Counted from the stretch's first letter, positions 47,049 to 57,887 are shown. The stretch is 64,000 nucleotides of DNA from Candidatus Eiseniibacteriota bacterium (GCA_041946735.1 JBHGAY010000006.1:1-64000), one strand, 5' to 3'. The notes: a model not told the origin generated them from the letters alone. Program-made: numbers and translations.

Positions 47049-47176
47049 GCGCGGAGTCTACGGAGTGGCGGCGCCGGCCCGCAAGCGCGCGGCCGGGACG
47101 ATCGAAGCCGCCGCCCCGGCGACCGCGAAACGCTCGGGGGCCGGGACGAGCGCACCGAGCCCGTCAGTCCGGCGAA

Positions 47177-47926
47177 TCAGCGGCGGCGCGAGCGCCTCGC
47201 CAGAACCCCGCTGCCCAGGAGGCCTGCGGCGAGCAGCATCAGGGTCGATGGCTCGGGAATCGGGTTGGAGACCTTCATCTCGATCTCGGCGAGGTCGTTC
47301 CCGCATCCCATCGTCCAATGCAGCTTGGCATCGCCCGTCCAGTCGACGTCGGCCAACTCGATGATCGATTCGATTGCGTAGCGGCCATCGAAGGCGGCGT
47401 AGGAGAAGCTCTCCGAATCGAACGAGTCGGCCCACTGCTTCACTCGAAGCGGATCGCCCGCGCCGCCCCACGCCGGGCGGCCCGCGAGACTCGGATTCTC
47501 CCAGACCAGCTCGCGATGCCGGACCGCTCCCACCGCGCTCACGTCCACCGCGTAGTCGTAGACGCCGTCCCCGCTCAGGTCGAGCGCGAGATCGCCCGGA
47601 CACAGATGCTGGTAGTACCAGCCGTTCCAGCCCATCCCGCCATCCGGACCAAAGCCGGTGACGACGCCGAGGTACAGACGGCTCGCGTCGCAGGCGAGAT
47701 AGACCGCTTCGACATCGAACGGTTGTCCACCGTAGCCGGGATCCAGCCAGCCGTTGGCGCCCGACACATAGTCGTCTACCGCGAAGACGACCCGCATGTC
47801 GGATGAGACCTCAGGGTTCCACCGACCGTACGAGATGCCCCAGTCGTCAAGGAAAAGCGACGCTGGCGCCTGGGAGACGGCCAAGCAGGATGCCAGGAGG
47901 AGCAGGATGCTCGATGTGGCTTTCAT
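47177..47926 (-). CDS. PEP-CTERM sorting-domain protein
   Basis: Signal peptide; C-terminal PIPEPSTLMLLAAGLLGSGVLARRSRRR; HWTMGCGND core motif. Confidence 0.9.
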   Translation of the reverse strand: MKATSSILLLLASCLAVSQAPASLFLDDWGISYGRWNPEVSSDMRVVFAVDDYVSGANGWLDPGYGGQPFDVEAVYLACDASRLYLGVVTGFGPDGGMGWNGWYYQHLCPGDLALDLSGDGVYDYAVDVSAVGAVRHRELVWENPSLAGRPAWGGAGDPLRVKQWADSFDSESFSYAAFDGRYAIESIIELADVDWTGDAKLHWTMGCGNDLAEIEMKVSNPIPEPSTLMLLAAGLLGSGVLARRSRRR

Positions 47927-48070
47927 GTTGTTGCGTCCTCCGCACGTACCGCCGCTCGTTGGGGTGTGGCGACGCAGCGGCTCGTGATGGAATTAACGCT
48001 ACGCGGAATTAATAGGATGCGTAAGCCGAAAAATCGGCGGGGCGGATCTCAGGGCCGCCAGGTCCACCGC

Positions 48071-50101
48071 CTAGCGGGCGACGGAGGCGGAAAGCCAAAC
48101 AGATACGGAAGTTGAGCTGTTGCCGCCCGGATGTTCGTTCTTGAGCACATCGACCCGGAGGCTCGGTTCCAGGGAGTCGATCGCTTCCCAGGCGAGCGTG
48201 GCCGATCCTCCCCGCACCGTCTCGTCCGTCCCGACGACCCCCTCCCTGGAGGAATGCAGATCGAGAAGGTGGGCTTCGGCGCGAAGCCGAGGATCGATCA
48301 GCCGTCCGAGGAGGCTGAGGCTGGCCACATGCTTTCGCTCCGGATGGGTGCCGGAGGTCGAGTTCGTCCGCCGATAGAAACCCGAAACCGCCAGCCAGTC
48401 GCGCGGACCGAGTTCGGGAGAGTGGAGTCGCACGCCCCCGGAGAGGCGGTAGCCCTCCTCGTTCGGCCCGTATGTGAGCGCCGCATACGACGGATCGAAA
48501 GAGCGATCCAGACGGAACAGCGCGGCGCGAGCCCAGACGGTCGCCGCTTCGCCGGCGATCGGTAGGTCCCCTTCGAGCTGTGCCCGCTTTCCCTCGCCGC
48601 GATCGTCCTCGCCGAAAGACCACGTCTCGAGCGAAGCGTACTCGAGCTCGAGAGCGAGTCGCGCGAGAGCCACCCGGCCCAGCACCGTCCATCCCGTCTG
48701 ATCCTGCTCGGGCGGACGGACGTATCCCGACCCCTCGGGGATCGTGCGCCGGTCGTCGTCGACGCGGAGCGCTGCGAGCCGGATTCCCCACGGGGCGGGG
48801 AGGCCGAGATGCGCGTCGCCGGGGCCCGGCTCCCCGATCTCGAGCTGTCCTGCGACCAGCGTCCTCCGGTACGCCGCCTTCTCATGCTCATCGAGCGGCG
48901 CGTCCGTCCGGACGATCCTGCCGCTCCGCGGGACGGCGATCGAGAATCCGGCGCGCGTCCATCGCGTCCCTCCGCCTAGCGAAAGACCTTCGAAGAGATA
49001 GGCCGGCCGGAGGACTTCGAGGCTTCGCTGGCGCAGGCCTGCCGCTCCCGCGCCACACGCGCAACCGACCCCTCCCCCACCGCCGATCGGCGGAGCGTCC
49101 TGTTCGTCCCATCTTTGGAGCAGCAATGGGGAGACGCGAAGCGGGTAGGCACCAAGAACCGCCGATACACGACCGCGATCGAGACGAAGCGATGCGCTCC
49201 CATGACGGCTGCTGACCTGGTCCTCCTGCTGCGTCAGCACCTCGTCGTCCTCGTTGCTCACCCGGAGCCATGGCTCGAACACGATCCCATCGGCCAGATG
49301 GAGCGGGAGGCGCAGATCCCAGCGATGGAGGAACCAGGTGCCGTTCTCGAGCCGCTCCTGATAGAAGCCGGCGTCTCCCTCCTCAGCCCCTTCGGTCGCC
49401 TGCAAACGGACTCGCCCGTCGATCGCAAGATCGGAGAGCCCGCCGCCCGCGAGATCGGTCAGCCAGGAGGAGAGCCACGAGGAGAAGGCCTCCCCGTCGT
49501 CGCCCGAAGCGGCGCCCGAAGCGGCGCGCAAAGCGACGCCCGGCGCGCCGTTCTCGCAGTCCCCCTCTGCGAGCACGCGACGAACGGCCGGGACGACGGG
49601 AGACACGAGATCCGGAATCCGGTCGTCGAACACCGCACGCACCACCGCGCACTGATCGATCACGAAGACGCCGAGATGGCGGGAGCCGAGAGCCAGTCTC
49701 CGGGCCAACGTCCGCTCCGGGTCCCACAGATGCGTGACCGCGATCCCGCGCTCCCACAGGAGGTCGCGGATCGCTTCGGGATCGTCGGGACCAAGCACGA
49801 TTCCGGTGACGCCGGCCCCAAGAGGATGCAGCGAGTCGGCGAGCGCCTCCACGCCGAGCGCGACCTCCAGGCAGTGCGGGCACCCTCGATCCCAGACGAC
49901 GAGGACGGTCGCCGGCGATTCCGCGAAGAACGCCGGCGAGCTGACCGCGGCTTCCCGGTCACCTCCAAGCGGAGAGAGCGCAAACGCGGGCACCGGTTCT
50001 CCCACCGACACCGCGATCGCCGGCGGGGCGAGTGCCAGGCCGCCGCCGAGGCAGAACGAGCCGAACGCTGCGAGGAACAAGCCGCTCCGTAGGATCGTCA
50101 T
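48071..50101 (-). CDS. Exported redoxin (AhpC/TlpA-like, CPHC) fused to a probable outer-membrane beta-barrel domain
   Basis: Signal peptide; VGEPVPAF, WDRGCPHC, FVIDQ..VVR; about 450-aa C-terminal region of alternating beta-strand-like segments. Confidence 0.7.
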   Translation of the reverse strand: MTILRSGLFLAAFGSFCLGGGLALAPPAIAVSVGEPVPAFALSPLGGDREAAVSSPAFFAESPATVLVVWDRGCPHCLEVALGVEALADSLHPLGAGVTGIVLGPDDPEAIRDLLWERGIAVTHLWDPERTLARRLALGSRHLGVFVIDQCAVVRAVFDDRIPDLVSPVVPAVRRVLAEGDCENGAPGVALRAASGAASGDDGEAFSSWLSSWLTDLAGGGLSDLAIDGRVRLQATEGAEEGDAGFYQERLENGTWFLHRWDLRLPLHLADGIVFEPWLRVSNEDDEVLTQQEDQVSSRHGSASLRLDRGRVSAVLGAYPLRVSPLLLQRWDEQDAPPIGGGGGVGCACGAGAAGLRQRSLEVLRPAYLFEGLSLGGGTRWTRAGFSIAVPRSGRIVRTDAPLDEHEKAAYRRTLVAGQLEIGEPGPGDAHLGLPAPWGIRLAALRVDDDRRTIPEGSGYVRPPEQDQTGWTVLGRVALARLALELEYASLETWSFGEDDRGEGKRAQLEGDLPIAGEAATVWARAALFRLDRSFDPSYAALTYGPNEEGYRLSGGVRLHSPELGPRDWLAVSGFYRRTNSTSGTHPERKHVASLSLLGRLIDPRLRAEAHLLDLHSSREGVVGTDETVRGGSATLAWEAIDSLEPSLRVDVLKNEHPGGNSSTSVSVWLSASVAR

Positions 50102-50209
50102 CGGGTCCGCCTCCCGTCTCGAGGTCGGCCGACCCGGCTCTTGCACCGCCCGGCAGGCCCGCTTCGCGCTCGGCCCGGCGGACGGCGAGAGCCGGCTCGG
50201 ACGGGGTCC

Positions 50210-52015
50210 CTACGCCATCGCCTCCTTCAGATCCCGCACCCGGTCTCGGAACTCGAGGAACGCCTCCTCGAGCACGCGCGGATCGCGGAGATCGATCCCG
50301 GCCTTCGCGAGCAGATCGACCGGGGAGTCGCTCCAGCCGCTTCGCAGGAGATCTACGAAAGCGGGCACGAAGGCGTTCCCCTCCCGCTTCCACTTCCGGT
50401 AGAGAGCGAGCACCACCACCTGGCTCAGGGCATAGCTGTAGCAGTAGAACGGATTGAAGACGAAGTGCCCGACGAACGCCCAGGCAAACCGGTCCTGCGG
50501 AAGCAGCTCCACGTCCGGCCCGTACTGCTCGCGATTGCGTTCCATCCAGAGATCGCAGAGAGCCTCGCAGGTGAGCGGCTCGCTCTTGCTCCGTTCGTGG
50601 ACGTCGCGCTCGAACTGCGTGAAAAGCAGCTGCCGGAAGACGACCCCGATGAACCGGTCGACCTCGCTCGACAGGATCTGCCGCCGGAGGTCGGGATCCT
50701 CGCGCGTCTCGAGCAGATGGTCCCGCAGAAGGCACTCGCCGAACTCCGACGCCGTCTCTGCGATCACCTTGCTCATTCGGTACGCCTGCAGATAGCACTG
50801 CGACTCGCCGCTGAGGGAGAAGTGGATGCCGTGCCCCAGCTCGTGGGCCAGGGTGACGAGGGAGTTCCAGGTCCCCGTGTAGGAAAGCAGGACGTACGGC
50901 TCCCTTCCGGGAACGGGAGCGCAGAACGCCCCGCCGCGCTTCCCCTGGCGCGCCCCGGCATCGAGCCTTCCTTCCTCGAAGAACCGCGACACGCGCGTCC
51001 CGAAGGAGGGATCGATGCGCGCGAACGCCCCTTCCACGAGACCCCGCGTCTGCTCCCAGGGAATCGGCTTCGGGTCGACACCGGGAAGCGGCGCCGTCAG
51101 GTCGCAGCTCCGGAAGGAGGGAAGTCCCATCCGCCCCTTCCGCCAGGCGTAATAGCCGTGCAGATCGGGCAGATGCTTGCGCCACAATCTCAGGAGATTC
51201 TCCACGACTTCGCCGGGGATCTCGTTCGGGATGTTCTCGACGTCGATCGGCTTCTCAAAGCGGCGCATCTCCGCCTCGATCCCGTGGTCCTTGACGACGC
51301 TCGAGTAGAGGAACGAGAAGACCGACTTGTGGTCCGCGAAGGTCTCGAGCAGCCGCTCGCGCGACCGCAGCCGCACATCGGGATCCGGGCTCTCCTGCAG
51401 GGAGATCAGCGCGCCGAAGCTCATCTTTCGTTCCTGGCCGCCCACCAGAAGGGTGCCGAAGTCGAGCCGGGCGGCAAACTCCTCCCGGAAGCGCACGATC
51501 GCGTTTCGTCCCGCGATGTCCTTCTTCAGCGCGAGCTTCTCCTCCGCCTCCGAGAGGGTGTGGGGCGCCAGGGACCCCTGATACGCGAGCCAGTGGCGAT
51601 ACGGCGCGAGCAGGGGACTCTGGAGCAGCCGCTTCATCGCAGCGGCGGGTAGCCGGCGGTATTCGAGCTCGGCGAAGACGGTCTGCGAAAGCCAGAGGCT
51701 GTGCCGTTCCTCGAGGCGGGCGAGAAGCGCGCAGAGGGTGGAATCTTCCGCATCGGCGGAGACGGCCAGGTGCGCATAGGTGACGAGCCGATCGGCCAGG
51801 AATCGGATCTTCTCGTACTGCTCGAGCGCCGCTCGAGCCTGGCGCGCGGTGACCTTCGCGGACTTCAGCTTGCCGCGATGCTCCTGAAACGACGCGACGA
51901 GGCGATCGACTTCCGCCTCGTCCTTCGCGATCTTCGGATCCTTCGGGCCCGCGTAGATCGGCCGCAGGTCCCAGCGCACTTGCTGGGCCTGGTCGGCCGC
52001 GGTGATCTCGATCAT
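50210..52015 (-). CDS. pepF: Oligoendopeptidase F (M3B)
   Basis: [35 protein letters not shown]. Confidence 0.9.
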   Translation of the reverse strand: MIEITAADQAQQVRWDLRPIYAGPKDPKIAKDEAEVDRLVASFQEHRGKLKSAKVTARQARAALEQYEKIRFLADRLVTYAHLAVSADAEDSTLCALLARLEERHSLWLSQTVFAELEYRRLPAAAMKRLLQSPLLAPYRHWLAYQGSLAPHTLSEAEEKLALKKDIAGRNAIVRFREEFAARLDFGTLLVGGQERKMSFGALISLQESPDPDVRLRSRERLLETFADHKSVFSFLYSSVVKDHGIEAEMRRFEKPIDVENIPNEIPGEVVENLLRLWRKHLPDLHGYYAWRKGRMGLPSFRSCDLTAPLPGVDPKPIPWEQTRGLVEGAFARIDPSFGTRVSRFFEEGRLDAGARQGKRGGAFCAPVPGREPYVLLSYTGTWNSLVTLAHELGHGIHFSLSGESQCYLQAYRMSKVIAETASEFGECLLRDHLLETREDPDLRRQILSSEVDRFIGVVFRQLLFTQFERDVHERSKSEPLTCEALCDLWMERNREQYGPDVELLPQDRFAWAFVGHFVFNPFYCYSYALSQVVVLALYRKWKREGNAFVPAFVDLLRSGWSDSPVDLLAKAGIDLRDPRVLEEAFLEFRDRVRDLKEAMA

Positions 52016-52070
52016 GGTCCCCTCCCCCCTCCACACACGCATCCGTATACGCGCGGTTCGTCCGCGGGGG

Positions 52071-52079
52071 ATTGTAGCA
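52071..52079 (-). promoter_or_regulatory. Extended -10 element (TGCTACAAT) for pepF
   Basis: Reverse complement of attgtagca, 56 bp upstream of the start. Confidence 0.5.
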
Positions 52080-52301
52080 CCTTCGCTCGTTCGCTCCGAC
52101 TCCCATGCGCAGGCGCCGCGCAGGCGCCGCGCATCGCTCCCAAGAGGGCCGCCGGCCCGGGACTATCGGCGGCGCCGCCGGGCGGGCTACACTCCCGGCG
52201 AGCGTGCCGTCGGCGACGGCCGCGCCATCCCGAGGAGATCGAGACCCGGACGCGGATCCGGCCGGGAAACCATGGCATCCCGCAGAGGGAGGGGAGGGGA
52301 G

Positions 52302-53504
52302 ATGACGCGCAGCGAGGAACTGATCCGGCTCGCCGACACGTACGGCGCCCACAACTATCACCCATTGGACGTCGTGATCGAGAGAGCCGAGGGAGTCTGG
52401 GTCTGGGACGTGGAGGGAAAGAAGTACCTCGACTGCCTGTCATCCTATTCCGCCGTCAACCAGGGCCACCGCCACCCGAAGATCATTGCCGCCATGGTCG
52501 AGCAGGCAGGGAAAGTGACGCTCACCTCGCGCGCTTTCCATAACGACCAGCTGGGACCGTTCCTCCAGGAGCTGTGCCAGCTGACCCGGCAGCAAATGGC
52601 GCTGCCCATGAACACCGGAGCCGAAGCGGTGGAGACGGCGATCAAGGCCTGCCGCAAGTGGGGCTACAAGGTGAAGGGGATCCCGGAGGGGAAGGCCGAG
52701 ATCCTCGTCTGTTCGAACAATTTCCACGGACGGACGACGACGATCGTCGGGTTCTCGAGCGAGCCGCAGTATCGGGAGGGATTCGGCCCGTTCACGCCGG
52801 GCTTCATCCTCGTTCCCTACGGAGATCTGGAGGCGTTCGAGCGGGCGCTGACGCCGAACACCGCCGGCTTCCTCGTCGAGCCGATTCAGGGGGAGGGAGG
52901 CGTCCTCGTTCCGCCGGCGGGATACCTGCGCGCAACGCGCGACCTCTGCCGCAAGCACAACATCCTCTGGATCGCGGACGAGATCCAGACCGGCTTCGGG
53001 CGCACCGGTCGCATGTTCTGTTCCGAGTGGGAAGGGATCGAGGACCCGGACATGCTGGTCCTGGGCAAGGCGCTTGGCGGCGGCCTCTACCCGGTCTCCG
53101 CGGTCGTGTCGTCGAAGGCGATTCTCGGAGTGTTCCACCCCGGCGATCACGGCTCGACCTTCGGCGGCAACCCGCTGGGCTGCGCCATCGCCCGCGCGGC
53201 GCTTCGCGTCCTCGTCGACGAGAATCTCACCGGGAGGGCGGCCGAACTCGGAGAGCACTTCATGCAGGGGCTCCGCGCGATCGGGTCGAAGCACGTGCGG
53301 GATGTCCGCGGGCGCGGCCTGTTGATCGGCGTCGAGATCGTTCCCTCCTCCGGACCGGCGAGGCCGTTCTGCGAGCGGCTGCGCGATCGCGGGATCCTGT
53401 GCAAGGAGACGCACGAGCAGGTGATCCGCTTCGCCCCGCCGCTCGTGATCACGAAGGGGGAGATCGACTGGATCCTGGAGCAGGCGCGGGAAGTCCTCGC
53501 CTGA
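52302..53504 (+). CDS. rocD: Ornithine--oxo-acid aminotransferase
   Basis: [60 protein letters not shown]. Confidence 0.93.
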   Translation: MTRSEELIRLADTYGAHNYHPLDVVIERAEGVWVWDVEGKKYLDCLSSYSAVNQGHRHPKIIAAMVEQAGKVTLTSRAFHNDQLGPFLQELCQLTRQQMALPMNTGAEAVETAIKACRKWGYKVKGIPEGKAEILVCSNNFHGRTTTIVGFSSEPQYREGFGPFTPGFILVPYGDLEAFERALTPNTAGFLVEPIQGEGGVLVPPAGYLRATRDLCRKHNILWIADEIQTGFGRTGRMFCSEWEGIEDPDMLVLGKALGGGLYPVSAVVSSKAILGVFHPGDHGSTFGGNPLGCAIARAALRVLVDENLTGRAAELGEHFMQGLRAIGSKHVRDVRGRGLLIGVEIVPSSGPARPFCERLRDRGILCKETHEQVIRFAPPLVITKGEIDWILEQAREVLA

Positions 53505-53628
53505 CGCGCTTCAGCGCCCACCGGCCGAGGAATCTCCCTTCGCCCGGCGGGAATCGGTCACTCGTGGGGACCGGCGAGCGGGATCTCTCCCGGTCCCCCG
53601 GGGTTCAGGGAAGGTGCTCGGAGAATCG

Positions 53629-55488
53629 ATGAGAAACCCGAACCGACCCGCGCGCCCCGCCTGGCTAGGACGGCCCCTCCGGGGCGCGATCGTTTGCGTC
53701 CTCGCGGCGCTCCTGCTCGCCAACGGCATCCTCCCCAGCGCCGCCCTCGCCCAGATCGATCCGGCCGCCGAGGATCGCGAGCCGGCCGCCGGCGAACCGG
53801 CGGCGCAGCGGCCTTCCTCCGACTTCGAGGTGGGGCTCGAGGCGGCGCGCAACATCGCCGAGTCGATCGGCCTGGTCGAGAGCGACTCGCTGGTCCAGCG
53901 GGTGAACGACGTCGGCTACAGGGTGGCGATGGCGGCGAACCGTCCCGGCATCCTCTTCACGTTCCAGATCCTCGACATGGACGTCCCGAACGCGCTCGCG
54001 CTCCCCGGCGGATGGATCTTCGTGACACGAGGCATCCTCGACACCGGGATCGACGACGACGAGTTGGCGAACCTCCTCGGGCACGAGATCGGGCATGTCA
54101 CCCGCGGCCACTTCTCGCGGCAAGGCCGGCTCGACGGCCTTCTCTCGCTCGTGCAGACCGCTCTCGTCGTCGCAGTCGCCATGCTGGGAGACAACTCGAG
54201 CTCCAGCCGGCCGGTGATCGAGAGCCCGGGGGACTACGGGTACTCGCTCAGCTCCGGAGAGGCGGCGCTGGCCGGCACGAATCTCTTCGGCAGCGTCTTC
54301 CATGAGCTGCTCCTGCGCGGGTACAGCCGCAAGCTCGAAATGGAAGCGGACGAGGAGGGACGGCGCCTCGCCTCGCTCTCCGGATACCCGAGGGAGGCCG
54401 GGGCATCGCTGCTCGAGAAGCTGCACAACCAGATCTACGAGGACCGCGAGTACGGCTACTGGAGGACCCACCCCTACTTCGTCGATCGCGTCGCGATCGC
54501 GCGCGCAGCCTCTCCGGGCGCTTCCCCGGTCCCCGATCCGGCCGAGGTCTCCGCCTATCGCCTCAGCATTCAGGAAGGGCTGGCTGCGGCGGCGGCACGG
54601 GTCCAGGACGAGCAGACCGGCACCTACCTGTACGAGCTGGCTCTGCACGCCGGCCCGAACGACCCCAGCTCCGTTTCGGTCCACACGAAGGCGATCCGAT
54701 TCCGGCTCACGAGAATCGAACGGAAGGACCCGCTCCTGCGGGCCTACGGTCCCGTCGGCGCAGAGCTCGACAGCCTTCTTGGGTACGCCTCCAGCTCCCA
54801 AGGGATCGACCCGGCGACGGTGCGCGGCATCCGCGATCTGCGCGATTCGGTCGAGGCGAGCCGGCAGGCTCTTCTCCCCCGCTATCGCGCCGCCCTGGAG
54901 TCCGAGAACGCGAACCTGAAGGTCCTCGACGCCTTCTTGCGAAACTTCCCCGACGACGAGTCGGCCGCCGGAATGAGCCTGCGCCTGGCCCGCGCCTACC
55001 GGCTTTCGCGCAGGCCCGATCGGGCGATCCCGATCCTCTGGCCGCTCACCAGCATCCAGAGGACGGGGGAGTCGACCGATTCCACGATCGCCCAGCAAGC
55101 CCGGGTCGAGATCCTCCGCTCGCTCGGGGACATCAAGGATCCATCCACCGGAGAGGACCTCCTCGCCCGCCGTCCCGATTCGGAGATCCGCGCCGCGGCG
55201 CTCGCCCGCATGGAGGTGCTCGCCGACAGCGCCGGCACCCTCCAGACGATCGGCCGATTCCTCGCGACGCATCGCTCGTCCGAGATGGCGCCGCGATTCC
55301 GCGACCGCCTTGCGTCCCTCGCCGAGGCGGAGTTCAAGAAGGGGCGCCTCCACGAATCGCTCGGCGACCGGCAGGCGGCGCTCGAGGAGTACAACCGCAT
55401 CGTCCTCCTCGCTCCCGAGACCGACTGGGCCAAGGAGGCGCGTCGCGGGATCGACCGGATCCAAGCCCTCGCCAGCTCGAAGCCCTAG
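53629..55488 (+). CDS. Exported M48 metallopeptidase (BepA-like) with C-terminal helical/TPR region
   Basis: PNALALPGG, HEIGH, YSRKLEMEAD, THP. Confidence 0.85.
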   Translation: MRNPNRPARPAWLGRPLRGAIVCVLAALLLANGILPSAALAQIDPAAEDREPAAGEPAAQRPSSDFEVGLEAARNIAESIGLVESDSLVQRVNDVGYRVAMAANRPGILFTFQILDMDVPNALALPGGWIFVTRGILDTGIDDDELANLLGHEIGHVTRGHFSRQGRLDGLLSLVQTALVVAVAMLGDNSSSSRPVIESPGDYGYSLSSGEAALAGTNLFGSVFHELLLRGYSRKLEMEADEEGRRLASLSGYPREAGASLLEKLHNQIYEDREYGYWRTHPYFVDRVAIARAASPGASPVPDPAEVSAYRLSIQEGLAAAAARVQDEQTGTYLYELALHAGPNDPSSVSVHTKAIRFRLTRIERKDPLLRAYGPVGAELDSLLGYASSSQGIDPATVRGIRDLRDSVEASRQALLPRYRAALESENANLKVLDAFLRNFPDDESAAGMSLRLARAYRLSRRPDRAIPILWPLTSIQRTGESTDSTIAQQARVEILRSLGDIKDPSTGEDLLARRPDSEIRAAALARMEVLADSAGTLQTIGRFLATHRSSEMAPRFRDRLASLAEAEFKKGRLHESLGDRQAALEEYNRIVLLAPETDWAKEARRGIDRIQALASSKP

Positions 55489-55570
55489 CCTGCCGCCGCG
55501 CTCCCACGCGGCGGTGCGCCCCCCCCGCACGAACGTCGCTCTCTGGACCTCTCCACCCCGCCGGGGCCAT

Positions 55571-55604
55571 GATCGCCGGACATCGCCGGACACCGCCGGA
55601 CACC
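55571..55604 (+). repeat. 10-bp direct repeat (3 copies + partial) immediately before the RBS of the oxidoreductase-PKS operon
   Basis: GATCGCCGGA CATCGCCGGA CACCGCCGGA CACC then AAGGAGAGGAG. Confidence 0.7.
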
Positions 55605-55620
55605 AAGGAGAGGAGAGCCT

Positions 55621-56793
55621 GTGCTGCCGCAAGTCGCGGAGACGGTCGTCGTCGGAGGAGGTCCTGCGGGGGCGGCAAGCGCGCTCTTCCTGGCGCGGCT
55701 CGGCCATCGCTGTCTGCTGCTCGAGCGGTCGGTCCCGGGGGAGCGAAAGCTCTGCGGCGAGTTCCTCTCCCCGGAGATGCTCCCGTTGCTCCGGCGGCTC
55801 GGCGTCGGCGAAACGCTCGCAGCGCGCGGCCCGGCGCGCATCCGGAGCGTCCGCATCACCGCTCCTCGATCCCGCCGCGCCTGGGAGGCGGAGCTTCCCG
55901 CCGAGGGATGGGGCCTCTCGCGAGCGGCCGTCGACGAAGCGTTGCTGCAGGCCGCGGAGCGGGAGGGCGTGACCGTGGCGCGAGGCACGATGGCGGTTTC
56001 GATCTCGATCGATCGGGCGGACCGTGCGGCGCCCCCCGCCGCGGTGCTCGCGGTGCGACCTGCCCGCGAGTCCGGCACCGTCGCGATCCGCGCCCGCGCC
56101 GTCCTCCTCGCGACCGGCAAGACCGCTTCTCCCGCGCGGCAGAGCCGCTTCGCGCGTCCGAGCCGCTTCCTTGCCTTCCAGGCCCACTTCGAGGGACCGG
56201 CTCTCGGGCCGCGGGTCGAGCTTCATGCATTCCGGGGCGGCTACGTCGGCCTGATCGACATCGAAGGCGGCGCTCGAAACCTATGCATGCTCGCCCCCCG
56301 GATGCCGTCGCGCCCCGCGGTGGCCGATGACCTTCTCGCGATGGCGCTCGCCGAGAACGAAACGCTCGCCCAATGGCTCACATGCGCGCGGCGGGTCTCC
56401 CCGTGGGCGACGACGCCCCGGCTCGACTTCCGCGCGGAAGACCCGTGGCCCGACGGGGAGGCGATGCGGGTCGGAGACGCCGCGGCGCGGATCGTCCCGC
56501 TCGCGGGGGACGGACTTGCGATGGCCGTCCGATCGGCGCAGATCGCGGCTCCGATCCTGAGCGACGTGATCCATTCGCGCCTCGACGAGCGCGACGCGCG
56601 ACGTCTTTACCGCCACTCCTGGAAACTCGAGTTCGGCTCCCGGCTCTTCACCGGACGCCTGCTTCAGCAGGTCCTCGTCCATCCGGCCGCGCTGCGCGTC
56701 GCGCTTGCGGCGATCCGCCACGCTCCGCCGCTCGGCCGCTGGACGATCCGGCTGACGCGAGGACGCCTGGCCGGATCGGCGGCGGAGGGCTGA
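55621..56793 (+). CDS. FAD-dependent oxidoreductase (geranylgeranyl-reductase/aromatic hydroxylase-like)
   Basis: VVGGGPAG, KLCGEFLS, ATGK, VGDAA..I.PLAGDG.AMA. Confidence 0.85.
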   Translation: MLPQVAETVVVGGGPAGAASALFLARLGHRCLLLERSVPGERKLCGEFLSPEMLPLLRRLGVGETLAARGPARIRSVRITAPRSRRAWEAELPAEGWGLSRAAVDEALLQAAEREGVTVARGTMAVSISIDRADRAAPPAAVLAVRPARESGTVAIRARAVLLATGKTASPARQSRFARPSRFLAFQAHFEGPALGPRVELHAFRGGYVGLIDIEGGARNLCMLAPRMPSRPAVADDLLAMALAENETLAQWLTCARRVSPWATTPRLDFRAEDPWPDGEAMRVGDAAARIVPLAGDGLAMAVRSAQIAAPILSDVIHSRLDERDARRLYRHSWKLEFGSRLFTGRLLQQVLVHPAALRVALAAIRHAPPLGRWTIRLTRGRLAGSAAEG

Positions 56794-57887
56794 TGAGGAC
56801 CTTGCAGGCCGCGATTCTCGGAACCGGCATCGCAGTGCCGGAAACATGCCACGAGCAGGAATCGATCCTCGAGCGACTGATCGTTCCGACCCTCGGCCGC
56901 TCGGAGCGGGCCCGGCGGATCTTCCTGCGCTCCGGAATCGCGACGCGCCACTCGGTCCTGCCGGATCTCGCCTGGCACGAGAAGGTCCGGACGACCGAGG
57001 AGCGCAACGCGCTCTGGATCGAGCGAGGGATGCCGCTGCTCGAGCGGGCGGCGCGGCGCTGCCTGGAGGACGCAGCGTGCGATCCGGAGTCGATCGACGA
57101 AGTGATCACCCTCTCGTGCACGGGAGTCGACACCCCCGGGCCGGACCTGCAGCTCGCCGCCAGGCTGCGCCTGCGAAGCGACGTGAAGCGAATCCATCTG
57201 GGCGGGATGGGATGCTATGGCGCCGTTCCGGCGCTCTACCGCGCCGCCGTTTCGATCGATTCCGGCTCCGCGAGACGCGTGCTCGTCGCGTCGGTGGAGA
57301 TCTGCACGCTCCACTACCAGCACGAGTCCACCGCCGAGAACCTGGTCGTCTCCTCGCTCTTCGCCGATGGCTCGGCCGCAGCGCTGATCGGATGCTGCGA
57401 GGCCCCTGGCGGCGGCTCGGGCTCCGGTCGGCGGGCGCCGCTGCGGCTGCGGCGCTTCGCCACCTGGACCGATCCTCGCTACCTCGATCGCATGGGGTTC
57501 CATCTGACCGACCGTGGGTTCCGGATGCATCTCGCCGCGGACGTCCCGGCGCTGGTCGAGACCCTCGCGGCCGAAGCGGCGCGGGCGCTGTTCGACGGAT
57601 CGGGGCTCGTCCCAGAGGAGATCGGCGCCTGGCTAGTACATCCCGGAGGCGTGCGCATCCTCGAGGCAGTGGAGCGCGGGCTGCATCTCCCCGATTCGGC
57701 GCTGGGTCTCTCCCGCTCGATCCTCGCCCGCTACGGCAACCTCTCCTCTGCGACGTCGCTCTTCCTCCTCGACGCTCACAGGCACCGGGAGGTAGGAGAG
57801 GAGAAGAGCGCGAGCCAGACGGGCGCGGGAGTACTCCTCGCCCTCGGCCCGGGGCTCACCGTGGAAGGCGCGATCTTCGAAGGATGA
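56793..57887 (+). CDS. Type III polyketide synthase
   Basis: Cys-His-Asn triad in MGCYG, HPGG, YGNLSSA; SCTG, VEICTLH, LFADG, GPGLT.E; TGATG coupling to the upstream gene. Confidence 0.92.
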   Translation: MRTLQAAILGTGIAVPETCHEQESILERLIVPTLGRSERARRIFLRSGIATRHSVLPDLAWHEKVRTTEERNALWIERGMPLLERAARRCLEDAACDPESIDEVITLSCTGVDTPGPDLQLAARLRLRSDVKRIHLGGMGCYGAVPALYRAAVSIDSGSARRVLVASVEICTLHYQHESTAENLVVSSLFADGSAAALIGCCEAPGGGSGSGRRAPLRLRRFATWTDPRYLDRMGFHLTDRGFRMHLAADVPALVETLAAEAARALFDGSGLVPEEIGAWLVHPGGVRILEAVERGLHLPDSALGLSRSILARYGNLSSATSLFLLDAHRHREVGEEKSASQTGAGVLLALGPGLTVEGAIFEG

